The translations under genes were made by a program, and so were the position numbers. The notes beneath the pieces are model-generated. The model was not told where the DNA came from and searched no databases. It saw only the letters and a program-made list of their open reading frames with translations. A stretch of 63,070 nt of DNA, the filler included, from Catajapyx aquilonaris (Eukaryota), in assembly GCA_000934665.2 (NCBI GenBank). It is 3 parts of 3 records of this genome, joined end to end, with 100 filler letters (N's around TTAATTAATTAA, not from the genome) between each part and the next. Parts side by side here need not be neighbours in the genome. Positions count along the whole stretch, not along the records: positions 1 to 20,898 come from JYFJ02006169.1; 2 more parts are not named here. One strand, written 5' to 3'. This document shows positions 1 through 12,200 of the stretch, piece after piece; the first letter of the stretch is position 1; each line of letters starts with the position of its first letter.

Positions 1-347
1 CTGAAAAAAATTAATTAAAATTATAATATTATAAAATGTGCATAAAATATACTCTAATTAAATTAAGTTTTAATTAAGAGCTAGTCCGGTGCGATGATTG
101 GTTGAGATCTGGTTGAGATGTCAAATTGAGCCAATCAGAAACTACAGCAATATTGTGACGTCACAATTCTTTTTTGCGGCAGTTAAAATTCGAATGTCGA
201 ACCGGACCAATCGTAATTAATTACTATTCAAGAACCGGTTATTATTTAAATGTGTTTCCGGTATTAATAATATGCAAAAAAAAGGTAGCATTTAACTCGT
301 TCAAATTACCTTTTGGCACATCTCTGACTAATTAACAAATAACTGGA

Positions 348-380
348 TGATGATGATGATGATTATTATTATTATTATTG

Positions 381-449
<69 letters not shown>
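348..449. repeat. (TGA)n/(TTA)n microsatellite abutting a Helitron 3' end
   Basis: Visible trinucleotide run ending directly at the CTAG at 450-453. Confidence 0.95.
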
Positions 450-450
<1 letters not shown>

Positions 451-632
451 TAGTGGACCCGTAGCCAAAATTTGGCAAAACATAATACTATCAGGATGAC
501 AATGGGAATGAAAACATGCGGCAAATACTCATTTTATTTCAAACAACAATGCAAGCAACAATGTTAAAACAATTGGGATATTGCGGGATATAGGGAAACG
601 GGAAGTTGGGGGCAGTAACATGTCAGGAGTAA

Positions 633-1552
633 TTACATACGGGAATTGTACCTGAAATTTGTGGCAAAACCAATACCACCTCTAATTTCAAAATTCATGT
701 CAAATTTTTGTAATGCATTTATCAAATCATCACGTTCATTATTTCTTGTCATAAATTGCTTGTTGCTTTTCAAAGACACAAACTGTAAATACTTACTACT
801 TGACCCCAAAATAACAGGAATTACAGCTTTTGTTAAGTTGTTGTCAGTTAGCATTAGTGTGTGCAGATTGTCAAATTTCATGTATTTTAAAATTTGGGTG
901 CAAAAAAAGGAAAAAAAAAAACAGAAAATAGGTTCATTTCGACTATCTCCCAGGCTATATGTTGAAATGCAGAGGGACTTAGAGACAAATTGTATCCTAT
1001 GCACTGATTTGAAGCGATATCTAGTGACTTTAGATTTGGCATAATCTTCTCTATAGCTGGCAAGTTCAACCCCATGCATAGAGATATTCAGATGCTCCAG
1101 GAGTGGAGAATGTTGAATTTGGGTTCAAGATGTCTTGGGCAATGAAAGGGGATCTTAGCTTTCCAAGTGGTGGGATAGAATAGGGACTTATGAGACTCCT
1201 TTCTGTGTGACTCTGTCGCTGATATCTTCAAGAACTTCCAAGTCCCTCATGACGTTTAGACTGTATATCAATTGACTGTACCAGTTAGCTGAGAGATGAA
1301 TATATCCTTTTCTCACAATCTCAGTGCAATTGGGATGTAATGCATGGCTTATGTTGAAACATTCCTCCAACCGTGCACACAGTATCCCCCAAATCTCTGC
1401 CACATATTCATTTGCTATTGTAATTGGGATCCTAGCGACGTACTGGGATATCTCTCTTTCTCTCTGCTTCTTTCGCATGCTTCTACTGCATTTGCAGCCA
1501 GGGTTCGCAGGCTCAAAATCTCCAGACTTACAGGCTGCTTAATTCTTGGCAT
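633..1552 (-). pseudogene. Frameshifted BC-box/LRR (ZYG11/PRAME-like architecture) gene inside Helitron copy 1
   Basis: An ATG at 1552 follows a 53-nt GT-AG intron (1608-1556) and reads MPRIKQPVSLEILSLRTLAANA. Downstream frames give YVARIPITIANEYVAEI and the LRR units SPLLEHLNIS, MPNLKSLDIASN, FDNLHTLMLTDNNL and YLQFVSLKSN. Several frameshifts and stops interrupt it. Confidence 0.65.
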
Positions 1553-2039
1553 GATCTGTGGAATGATTTAAATTCCAATATGTTTGTAGATGTAGAAAGA
1601 ATACTCACATAAATGTTTATTGTATTTGATGAGGGATTGATGTGTCAGGATTTCTGATGATGTGAAGGAGGAAGTCTAGTTTTCTAGGTGTGCAAAAAAC
1701 GTCAAACAATGTAAATCCTCAGTGTTGTCACGTTTACAAAGATTCGACTTTGTCCATGCACACAGCATACGTGGTGTTTTGGATTCTCATGTGATAGGCT
1801 ATTTATTGTATATAGATAGAATATTTTATTTACATGAGTGAAAATTTTATATATTAGAAAGGCGGAAGGAATACTCACATAAATTTTCTTGATTTTGATG
1901 AAAAGTTGAGGTGTTAAAAAGATTAATGATGAGGTGGAGGGAGTGTAGTTCTTTTTGTTTGCAAAGAATTTCAAACAATATAAATACACAGTGTTATGAC
2001 ATATCCAAGGTTTCCACTTGGACGATGATGTACATGTAC

Positions 2040-2222
2040 TCAGCATGAATGGTGTTTTGGGTTTTTTGATCTGGATAGTGAAACATGCAGCTGTCCATGT
2101 GAGAACACAGGTTCTTGCAGGTAAATGCCCACGTGCTCAAATGTCTGGCCCTGTGATTTGTTAATTGTCATGACATATGCTGGTATGATGGGGAACTGGA
2201 GGCGTTTCAGGCATGTTGTTGG
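2040..2222 (-). pseudogene. Helitron RepHel PIF1-like helicase C-terminal fragment
   Basis: [45 protein letters not shown] contains PIF1/Helitron helicase motifs V-VI. Confidence 0.92.
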
Positions 2223-2557
2223 TAAGGGCGATGTGAGCGAAGACTTTCCAGAGTGGGCTGGATTTGATGCAATTTTCGATGACATCCGCTCGACTACCTC
2301 TAGGAATGACTGGTAGTGTCTGTCTGAAATCGCCTCCAATTACAATAGCACAGGGTTATCACGTATCCACGGATACACGTAAATAATGAGAGTAAAATAA
2401 TGAGAGACATTACTGGCCTACTCCCTATGTTGATTTGGGTTTCTCCTAGCAATGGCCTACTTCCTGTGCGTTCCAGAGGGACAAGGCTATTATTATATGT
2501 AGAATTATTCTTATTCTTATTATTATTATTATTATTATTTATTATTATTGTTACTAA

Positions 2558-4090
2558 CTAGCGCACCCGTAGCCAAAATTTGGCAAAACCTGCAATGAGG
2601 AAGACAATGGTAATGGAAAAATTGAATGAGAGGGCTCGCGGAGTGACAACTAAGAAATAGAGTATAGCTGGTCGTAAGACGGGGGTTGAGAAATTGAGTG
2701 GCATTGACTCAATGGACATACTGTACACGTCCTGAATCGGTCGTGAGAGAAGTTTTCATAAAACCTCCCGATATACAACATTGTGTGCAAACACTCTGTT
2801 GTTGGAGAGCAATGTTCCGTGTTGAGCAGTAGGAGTAGTGAACACTTTGACCTGACTTGGGTTGCGAGACCGGGACAGTGCCACATGCAGCTGGCCATGA
2901 TTGGGAGAAGACAGGTTCATCCAGGGAAATGATAACGTGCTCATCTGGCCGGGCGAGTTATTGTTGATCGCCATGGCATAGGCTGGGATGACATTATGTA
3001 AATGAACATATATAAGACTTTTGGATCCGGATCCAGCAGTGCCAGCAGGCTATGATTAAGGCTAATAATAATAGCTGATAATAGCTGATACGGGCATATT
3101 TGAGTGACGGGGCAACATGAGGGATGGAGCGAGTTGCCCTTTGTGTAGGTAATAATGCTGTATGGCTTTATGATACTGTCATCTGTTATTGGGCGACACG
3201 GTGGCGGAGGGGTTAGCGCCTCAGCCTTTCACCTCTAAGGTCCCGAGTTCGATCCCCGGATCGGACAGAGTATATGCTTATGTGGATATAGTTTCGATGG
3301 GTTCTCTCCGTGTTCGCGTGGGTTCTCCCGTTTCCTCTCACAATCAAAATCCATCACAGCAAAGGAAATGATTGAAGTCGGTCAATTAAAAGATTATCCC
3401 CTAAAAAGCTGAAGGAGGCTTATCACGGGGTTATATCCATTATCTCCCCTGTCATCTGTTGTGGCCCCGCCAGGCAGGGTTCGTCGCCCTGCAGGATATT
3501 TTTAGGTAATGCGGAGAGGAAGCGGAGCTGGGCGATTATTGTGGGTTTCGTATCCGCAACATTTACAGTACTGTCCGTCTTGTGGCGGCGGAGGCCAACG
3601 GACGTTATTGTGGCTTTACCAACCTCCAATCCCCTGCTGATCCCACCGCTGATATCTTGTTTGCTTGCTCCGGGAGGTTCGTGCTACGCCGCCAAATAAG
3701 TCGCAATGGTTTACTCTAAGCTAAGCTATATCCGCTGAAAATCATAAAAGATGTTAGATCCGGATCCAAGATGGCGGCATAGTTACAAAGTGGGGCTGAA
3801 AGAAGCAGCGTATATGACAGCTTTCTGAATATTCTGAGGCTCAGATTGAATCAGTTGGCAGACCTGTATTGCCGGGAAAGGAAATAGGTGGCGGTTAGGA
3901 CTTTTGGCGGGAAGGCACGGGAAGGGAAAGCGGCGGCCTGAAGAATTAGTACCGTACTGACCAAAAGGTGGCAGCAGCACTCCCTTGGCCGCCGCGGGAG
4001 TGCTGCCACCTTTTCCGTCACGGCACTACTTCTTCGGGCAGCAACATCTGGAGCGTTCCCGTCGAGTCTTCCAGACAAGGCTATTATTAT
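2558..4090 (-). mobile_element. Non-autonomous Helitron, copy 2
   Basis: 3' hairpin GCCAAATTTTGGC plus CTAG (2558-2561). Helicase tail HGQLHVALSRSRNPSQVKV...HNVVYREVL (2756-2974). 3863-3917 matches 32072-32126 of copy 3. The 5' end is ATAATAATAGCCTTGTCTGGAA at 4090-4069. Confidence 0.85.
3191..3460 (+). mobile_element. tRNA-derived SINE (family D) nested in Helitron copy 2
   Basis: A box TGGCGGAGGGG and B box GTTCGATCC, followed by a GGGTTCTC..GTTTCCTC core-like motif and a CCCCTAAAAAGC tail motif. The 3' boundary is approximate. Confidence 0.75.
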
Positions 4091-4580
4091 GGGGAATTAC
4101 TATCTCTGGCCAAGTCATCTCACTTAGCTTATAGCCTCGAAGAAAGGCTTGGCGCACCTTCCACCTATCATTGCCATTGCAGCAGACTTTACGGAAAATG
4201 CCAAAACCTGATGAAGCTCTCTGTGACAATGCGGAACTCTACATTCTGGTATGGGGCACTGCTACCAAGAGCAAGGTTATATGGGAGCATTTAGTTGACG
4301 TCAATAACGTCCATTCAGCTCTCCGAGTTCTACAACAGATTAACCATCTATATGCGAATATCCAGCTACCATCACGTTCAGAAGAACTGCTCGCCAATAT
4401 TTCTCCAGATTTACAACATGAAGTGGAACAGACACTAGAGATGGAGCCAGCACTCTTAACTCAGTTACCTCTGACCTAGAGAATCAATATGAACATTTCA
4501 CCATCTATCCACTTCATGAGAAAAAGGTCAATGAGACAGCATCAGCATTGTATCAAATGGTCAAGGTGAATGCATACAGG
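4091..4580 (+). pseudogene. Helitron/Helentron-type DUF6570-like fragment
   Basis: HLSLPLQQTL...LVDVNNVHSALRVLQQINHLYANIQL resembles the V..AL.WL...N.LY..I motif found upstream of Helitron-like Rep domains. It has an in-frame stop at 4479. Confidence 0.6.
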
Positions 4581-4964
4581 AATTTGTACCTGCACAACAC
4601 AAGTATCAGCATGTGGTGCCTTCTGTGCATGGGTCTTGACTTAACTGACACGACAGATGGGCGATCGCACGCCTGGTTGTCAGGCCAGTACAGATAGCGA
4701 TAGTTTCGGGGTCATTTGCGTCATGTTCCGCGCTGCATTTGCTAAAACTAATGCCGCAGTTGCTAAATTGGGATGAAGAGCTTCCGAAATACCGAAAGGT
4801 TTTTAATATATGAGTCATTCGCCAAAATGGGTTAAGTTCCGCTAGATTCCTGAAATCCCACACTGTGACTGGGTTGGATTCATGGGGTTGGTTGCTGGAG
4901 TCCTGGGGTTCCGGGATTTGCAGGAAGGGTGGAACACCACTATTTTTCCATGACTATTTTCTGA

Positions 4965-5198
4965 ATTTTTCTTAGAACACCTTGCAAGGGAGAAAGGGAG
5001 ATGGGGAAGGGAACGGGGATTTTTTGGGAGGGGCATGGGTGCACGTGCAATGTCTCAAACTGGGCCACGTGCAGTCCCCCAGGGCGCAGGTCAGAGACCC
5101 TCCTGACGCAGGCAAAGGGAAATCCCGGGCGGGGATCGAACCCAGGATCTTTCGATCAGCAAGCCAAATCGTTACCGGCTCGGCCACCGCACATCCCA
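4965..5198 (-). mobile_element. tRNA-derived SINE (family B)
   Basis: The minus-strand head is GGTGGCCGAGCCGG...GGTTCGATCCC. The body is shared with 32924-33271. Confidence 0.8.
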
Positions 5199-6125
5199 AC
5201 TCAAACACTTAATTCCTGAACATGACACCATTCCAATCAACAGGAGTCTGTGACACAACATTTACAAGGTGATTAAATGTTGAAGTTAAATCTGCTGGGT
5301 TTCTTCTCTGGTACTTGTAAAAAAATTGCTCAATTACATATTAGTGCACCATCCACTTGGCTACCTCACCTTGCCTGAGAGTTGGGCTGGTGCGAGCTTA
5401 GCCTGCAAGCTGTCAGGAGTTTTTGGCTCCAACTTGTCTTTGCTCATACTTAAAAACGCCTGCATACGACACCAATGAGTTTTCTACCTACAATGCACCC
5501 CTAACGTGATTTTCAGATAAGTTAAAAATCATCCTTTTTTGTCACTTGTAAGATCTACAACTCACGTGGGGTGGGAAAAGGCTGGCAAGCGACCAGATGG
5601 CATAAGAGACGTGATAAGTGGCAATAAGACGACAAGAGAGTAGACAATAACAGCACCCCAGCCGCACCGGCACGCCTTCCTTCTTCTGGTCAATGGACAG
5701 TTGAGCAGTGGACACTGGACCGGACCAGACTGGACAGCCAGCTAACTGTTATAGTAAGCAGCTATTATGCTGCCTAACAAACTACTACGCTTCATCATCC
5801 GTGCTTATTAATAGTTACTGGCAATAGATATAAAATGTTAACAAATAATTAAAATGGCTGATGACATGCTTTTAAAATGTAATAAGGTCCATGTGCAGAC
5901 TAAGGATTAGCTACTCCATCTGTAACCATGGAGACGAAGATGGCGATGCCAGGGGAGATTATTTCGATCCAGAGCAGCCAAAAATACGTGTCCAGTCGCA
6001 GGTTTGGATAAACAGCCTTGACATATTGGTGACGTATGGTTGGGTGACTGTGTGTGCTTCCAGGTTCTAATGTGGAAGGCGTGGAGCAGTTGGGCTGAGC
6101 AAGGCGAACCACCTTATGGAGTGAG

Positions 6126-6578
6126 ATGGCAGGTGCGGAGAAAGAGTTCCGCACGTCCGAGTTGGATTCTATTGTCAACGTTATAGGTCTCACACCGAGT
6201 GATCCTCTCAATACGTTTGCTGGTATGTTGTGTGATGGATGTCAACAGCTGTTTGCTTAATGATATGTGCTTTCAGAGATGTGGTACCAGGTGTTCCTGT
6301 GGAACCTGTTTTCATCGCTGTTCGTCCACCTCATTGCTGCCACAATTGCCTTTGCCACGTTGCGGAAGCACAAATTTGGACGGTACTTTCCCGTCACAAT
6401 CCTGATTGTTGGTGTGGTGAACCCGCTTACGACCGGAGTGGTGACCAGTGCAACGGTGGCCTTTGTGTATCGTGCTTCTAGCTTCCACATGCTTCCTTTT
6501 TACGCCTTGGTCTGGGGCGTCAGCCAAACAGTCATGTCTGCCTGTTTTGGCTTCACCCGCATCTTGGCCACTTTGTGA
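6126..6578 (+). CDS. TMEM170: Transmembrane protein 170 (exons 6126-6222 and 6277-6578)
   Basis: EMWYQVFLWNLFSSLFVHLIAA...TLRKHKFGR...FTRILATL matches TMEM170A/B. A 54-nt GT-AG phase-1 intron restores the frame. Confidence 0.93.
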
Positions 6579-8536
6579 TGGGATAACCAGACCAGTGCCT
6601 CTGGAACAGAGCAAGTGTTACATATCTGTAACTGCAATAACCAGCACGTCTATGGCACAGCCAAATTGACATTGCCAGATTGTTGTGGGCAAGTCAGCGA
6701 GTGGAGGCAATGGATGGCTAGTCACTTAGATGCATTGATAGGTTGCATTCTCCCTACATAAGTGCTTTTGTCCACACTTGGTCAAAGCAGAGGGACCCTG
6801 ACCAATGCCTTTTGCATTAGCTGGTTGTGTAGTCAACCGTTCTTCCCTATCTTTCACTTTATATAGTTGTGTGACCACCAGGTGGCACGCCAAATTTTCA
6901 TTCCCTTTTGTCAACGTACGATGTTGGTGTCATGGGAGCTGTTTAGAGCTGATCTCCCTGCCTTGGCGTGCCGGTGTAACAATAATGTAATTATTGAGTG
7001 TCGTCTGGAGTGTTCTGGTACCAGGACAGTTAGCAATACTTGTAAATATGTCCAATTTCTTGTGGGATACACAGGTGTATGGAATCCATGTCAACCATTG
7101 CAGATCCAATGTGCGTGCTATACAAAGTACATTTTGTTATGTACTACAGAGAGAGATATATATACACACATAAAGAGTTATATTCACCATGTGGAGTGCA
7201 TTTGTTCATTGTTTCCCAAAGAATCTGTGCAGAAGTGTTATATTGGCAGGAAGTCATCAGGGTGAAGACCCATGCTGCACTATGGGAAGGTCCTGTAAGC
7301 TAGGTGTCCAGTGTTAGTGAGAAACCACCCATGACTCACAAATATGTTAGCATATTTTTTATTTAGTATAAAATTCATAGATGTTCATTTCCTCATTTGG
7401 AAAGGAGTTTCTTCTGTCTATGTCTGGAATAGGTGTCCAAGATTTACCAAAATGCATCCAGAGTGCAGCAACCTTGGGAGGTAGTACTGTACAAGCCCAA
7501 CGCCATAATACAGTGAAACCTGTGTATTTAAATAATACATCATAGGGGAATCGCATGGGACCCTAAAAATTTTCTGTAATGGACAGGTTTCCACAATACT
7601 TGACATGGTATTTATCGCAAATTCATCTCATTTATCCCACCCGTTCTCAAAAATTCTCCAATGGACAGCTTTCCATTATATTCTGGGTCCACTATGGACA
7701 GGTTTCACTATAGTACGTTTACCAAAGAATCTCTGCCTAGGTGATACTGGGAACAAATCTCTCCCAGTCGGAGAGACATGTGGTGGTAGTATGTAGCATT
7801 GTACAGAGGTGCCTTGCTGATTGCCAGTGACCCAATTATTTTGTGGCACATGCACTGTGAACAAATATTTCCATGGCTGGTCATGCATTTTCAGGTACAT
7901 GTCTTATTAACAGTTTTATCCTCGAGGCATAATTTTAATATTCAGTGCCAGTACTAGACATGTCCGTACAGTGCTAAATACGACATCCTACCACATGTCA
8001 TTCCAACGGTGGGATGTTTGTTCCCAGTTTCACCCAGGCAGATTCTCGGATGTATGAACTATACAGGGTTGAGATTGTACAATGCTATAAAGATACTCAT
8101 TCTTAATTCAGGCCTGGCCCACATGGGACCAATGGAACATTTACAGCTGACCATGGCTCTTGAGCCCTTTCGGTACAAACACTTGTTAAATTAGGGCCAG
8201 ATTTGCATTCCACTATTAGCCTGCTATCAGTGGGGTTCTCCAATGTACATGCATTTAGGATAAAGAAGCCTATTACTGCTTGACAACCTTGCAGTGATGT
8301 CTGGTGGGAGGAGCACTGGTGCTCAGGAATCATGCCACAAGCTATAGCCACAGTTTTGCAATTTACCTGTCTCCTCACTATCAAACTTGCCCTGCCATAG
8401 TCTTTCTTGACTTGCAAGTACAATCACATGAGTAAGTATAGCATTCCTTCTACCAGGCGCACAACAAATTTTCAAGCAATAAAAGCAAAAGTCTACTTGC
8501 AGCAGGCCAATAATGGGGCATGGGAAATCCCTTATA

Positions 8537-9229
8537 CAGGGTGTCCCACAAATTACGCTACCCAGAATTACATTAATAACTGTAACACAAATGAAGATAT
8601 AGCAACGGAATTTGAACTCAAGCAACCTCAACACGTGAGAAAGGAATTGGAATGGGTCTGGCAAATGTGGGTGCTGTAATACTGACGCTGGAGCGACGAA
8701 TCGGCCAGACGACACCTGAGCAGTGGCGCGCTGGGGATGTCCTTGCTTTCTGATCCAAACGATGTGGAACTTTTGACTGGATATTTTCAACAGGATGGGG
8801 GGAATGCCATACATCACATGTCAGCATGGCCGAAATAAAGTCCTTCTTCTGCGACCGAGTCATTTCAAAGGGACTGTGGCCACGGCTGTCGCCCGATCTT
8901 ACGCCACCTGATTACTTCTTATGGAGCTTTCTGAAAGGAAGAGTGTACCGCAACAATCCACGGTCCATCCAGCCCTTGAAGGACAACATCGTCCAGGAAA
9001 TTCAGGCAGTCGGCCTACCGCAGGATATGCTGGCCAGAACATTCCAAAATATGTCGCGCCGTGTTGAGACCTGCCTGGCCGCTAATGGTGGCCATTTCCA
9101 ACACATGTTGTGATGCCATTTCAAATCACACATGACAAGATTAGTTCAGTTCAAATTTCGTTGCAATATCTTCATTTGTGTTGATGTTATGGAAGTAATT
9201 CTGGGTAGCGTAATTTGTGGGACACCCTG
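8537..9229 (+). mobile_element. Internally deleted Tc1/mariner-superfamily DNA transposon
   Basis: TIRs of about 80 bp start CAGGGTGTCCCACAAATTACGCTACCCAGAATTAC, with TA target duplications. The transposase C-terminus WPRLSPDLTPPDYFLWSFLKG...NGGHFQHML lies at 8826-9113. Confidence 0.93.
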
Positions 9230-12200
9230 TACCTGTTTTTTTAGCCCTTACGAAATATTTACAGGATCAACTGTTATCATGTACAAGTAATCATATTACA
9301 AGTAACAAGTACAACTTGTAAGTTGTCATTACACTACTCAAATAATGCCTTACTTGGAAGCAGCACAGCAGGGTTTGCATAGCAAGTAACACTATGTCCA
9401 TTTCATTCTCCTCAAGATTACCATGCACAAACATGGCAAGTTATTTTTAACATATCCCTTCATCAGTTGCACTCCTACTTTTGGTCCTGTCACTTTTTGC
9501 GAAAACAATGGTCAGGAGAGCAGTGAGCATGAGGGAGTCCTTTAGTTTTAAGCACAGTAGAATTTAACTAGAACTTGAACCTCCAAGGGGCCAAAAAAAT
9601 TGAGTTATGGAAAATATGAGTTCGAGAAGTTTGAAAAAAATTGCAGTACGGTACTGTATAGTGCAAGAACATTTACATAATTTTAATAATATTTCATGAT
9701 AAATAAAACAAAGTGGGCCACCATAATGGCAGGGTACATCCCTTCATTTTTGGGGGAAAAAGCTGCCACAGCCCTCCAGAGACATGTATGATGATGTGCT
9801 CCTAAGAAATTATTTCAAGTCACTAGCAATTTAAAAATTCCACTTTGATCCCCCTTGCAAATTCAGTCCACAAGTAATAATGTGTTTCATAATTAACCTT
9901 ACATCCATATTGTTACAAAATTTTATTAATTTAATTTGCCCCTGAGGGCTGTTTTTGCCTAGGGAGGGAGGTGTATTGGCAGAAATGTCGCCGACTCTCC
10001 TCTGTCAAGTTGGTATTCCTGAGCCTGCCAAATTTTAGTTGGCCAGAAAAACCGAATGTAATAATTTTCTTTGACTTAAGGATGTTCAAGTTAAAGTTTA
10101 AGCTCCTTTGCATAGTCATGTGAATGAGTAACTCGTACAACTCATATGAATCAGTACCAAGTGCCAAAACAGGCTTACTGATAATTAAGAAGTTGCATTT
10201 TTAGAGGCCTAAGTCGTTGTTTTTTCACACAGTTCCCTGTGGAATCTTCTGGGCTCAACTAAGCCAGCTTTTACATGGGTCACATACTGGCACTACGTGG
10301 GGTGCAGTCACCACGAATGAGTTTCTGTCCTATGCAATGCCACGTTGTGCCCAGGGTTTGGCACACCTGCAAAACAAACATGAGAAAGTAAGTTGGCACT
10401 CACTTCGGCAGGGAGAAAAAGAGAGAGTGAGAGTGAGATAGAGAGAGAAAGAGAGAGAGAGATGACAGAACATTGTCGTAACACAAGTTTATTCAACAGG
10501 TCAATGAATCTGTAGTTTCATCTTTGGGGTGGGGGGGACAAGCTACTCCAGGTTATTCAAACCCATTCGTAACATAGGAATAGTCCTGCATGTCACATGC
10601 AAAATTGATCCAATGACCTCTGCGATGTTTCGTGGATGTTTGAACATTTTCAATTGATAAAAATAGCAATGCGACAAGCTGGAAAAGTCACTTTTCCTAT
10701 TCTTTTCCACTTTCCCCTTGCCATCTTATGTACATAATTTACATAACTGCTACAATACCCTCAGCCCTGAGCAAGATGGTGTCTCTTTGGCTCTAAACAT
10801 CCCTTTACAGGTGGAATCAACTGTTTCGACTCCATGTGCTGTTTGCATGGTGGCGGTGCATGTGCACGAGATTGGCAGTCGAAGGTGAGATTCACTGAAC
10901 TTCCTGAAGTGTTGCAGTCACATAACCAACCCCTGAAAAAACTCTCACATACCACAAACACATCTCCAAATCTCACCCAATAAGTTGCCATTGTTGGTAG
11001 ATCGGAAGAAACTAGTTCAAGGGGTGGGATGGTTTACACACACTTTGTCTCAACGTGTACTATTGTCTTGCCTGAATTATCGCTAATGAGCAATGCCTTG
11101 TACTTCTCATGCACTCACTCAGACTTGCTCTTTCTTGCTCTCTCTCGCATTTACACCCAATAAACAATGTAGACTGCTTTTTGGAATCACTGTTATGCTC
11201 GCTTGGAAACAAAGCACTCTGCGGTCCATCATACATAAGCAGACTTGGCCGTTGGTAGCAAACTCGGCAAATGTGTGCTACCTCCCTGCACACAGAAAAT
11301 GGGGAAGGCCAAGTGAAACACTAATGCACTGCACGTAGTTTGCTACACAACGGCTGCGTCACCATTGTAACGTTCCTAAAACTGCTTTTAACACATGGAA
11401 GAGCCTAGAAGTAGACTTTAGGTGCTGCACAGTGTTCTAGAAATAATTTCCACTAAACAAGGGGGGAAAAAAAACCTAGGCAATAACACATGCTCAGACG
11501 CATACCAGTAGATTCCATTGGTTCTCTACATGCACACGTAACAATGTTGTATCATGAGTATGGACATTGCAAGCTGTAACTGACTTGTACTGATTAGTTT
11601 ATTGGTGACTGTTCAACAAGGTGCTGCTGTGTTGCACACCCAAACACACAAGAGTACAAGACAACATTGCAAAAACTGCCACGACGACAGAATTAACATA
11701 TTCCTAGATGTCCAGCATCATCTGTTTGATATCATGCATCGAAACGTAAATGCATCTATACTGCATCGCTAGCTGTCAGTGATGAAGTAACATTGCAGTC
11801 AATCCAAGACTCACTACATGCAGAGTCCTACTGTACACAGGGTTCAGGAAATGATTGCTACAGGACTTTGGACCCTTTCCACTATTGCAACTAGTGTCAC
11901 CTACGAAAGAGTCACTGTGGAGGAGGGCATACTATGTGAAGTTAACACAAGCACTGAGATCAACTCAAAAGCCCTAACACTGACCAAGGTGGCCAAGGAC
12001 AGGATTTGACAGTGCAATAATTTTGGGATACTGAGGCTGGAGGGGAAAAGGAGAAGGTGTATACTCTTAGATGCATCTGGCATAGCCTGGTTGCTCCTTT
12101 ATCCCTCGACATTGGAGCAGTAACAGGGAGGTCTATGAACCCCTGAAGGCATCCCCGCCACTAGCTACCTGAACAATTCAAATTGGTTGAAGCCGACTGT

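Larger units (their letters stand above)
450..2503 (-). mobile_element. Non-autonomous Helitron, copy 1, carrying a cargo gene
   Basis: The minus-strand 3' end is TTTTGCCAAATTTTGGCTACGGGTCCACTAG|T (hairpin 464-476, CTAG 450-453). The 5' end TCTACATATAATAATAGCCTTGTC (2503-2480) shares its ATAATAATAGCCTTGTC part with copy 2 and GCCTTGTC with copy 3. An internal PIF1-helicase fragment is present. Confidence 0.85.

Noticed and set aside
2040..2339. Host PIF1 helicase gene
   Set aside because: Only the C-terminal motifs are present, enclosed by Helitron termini.
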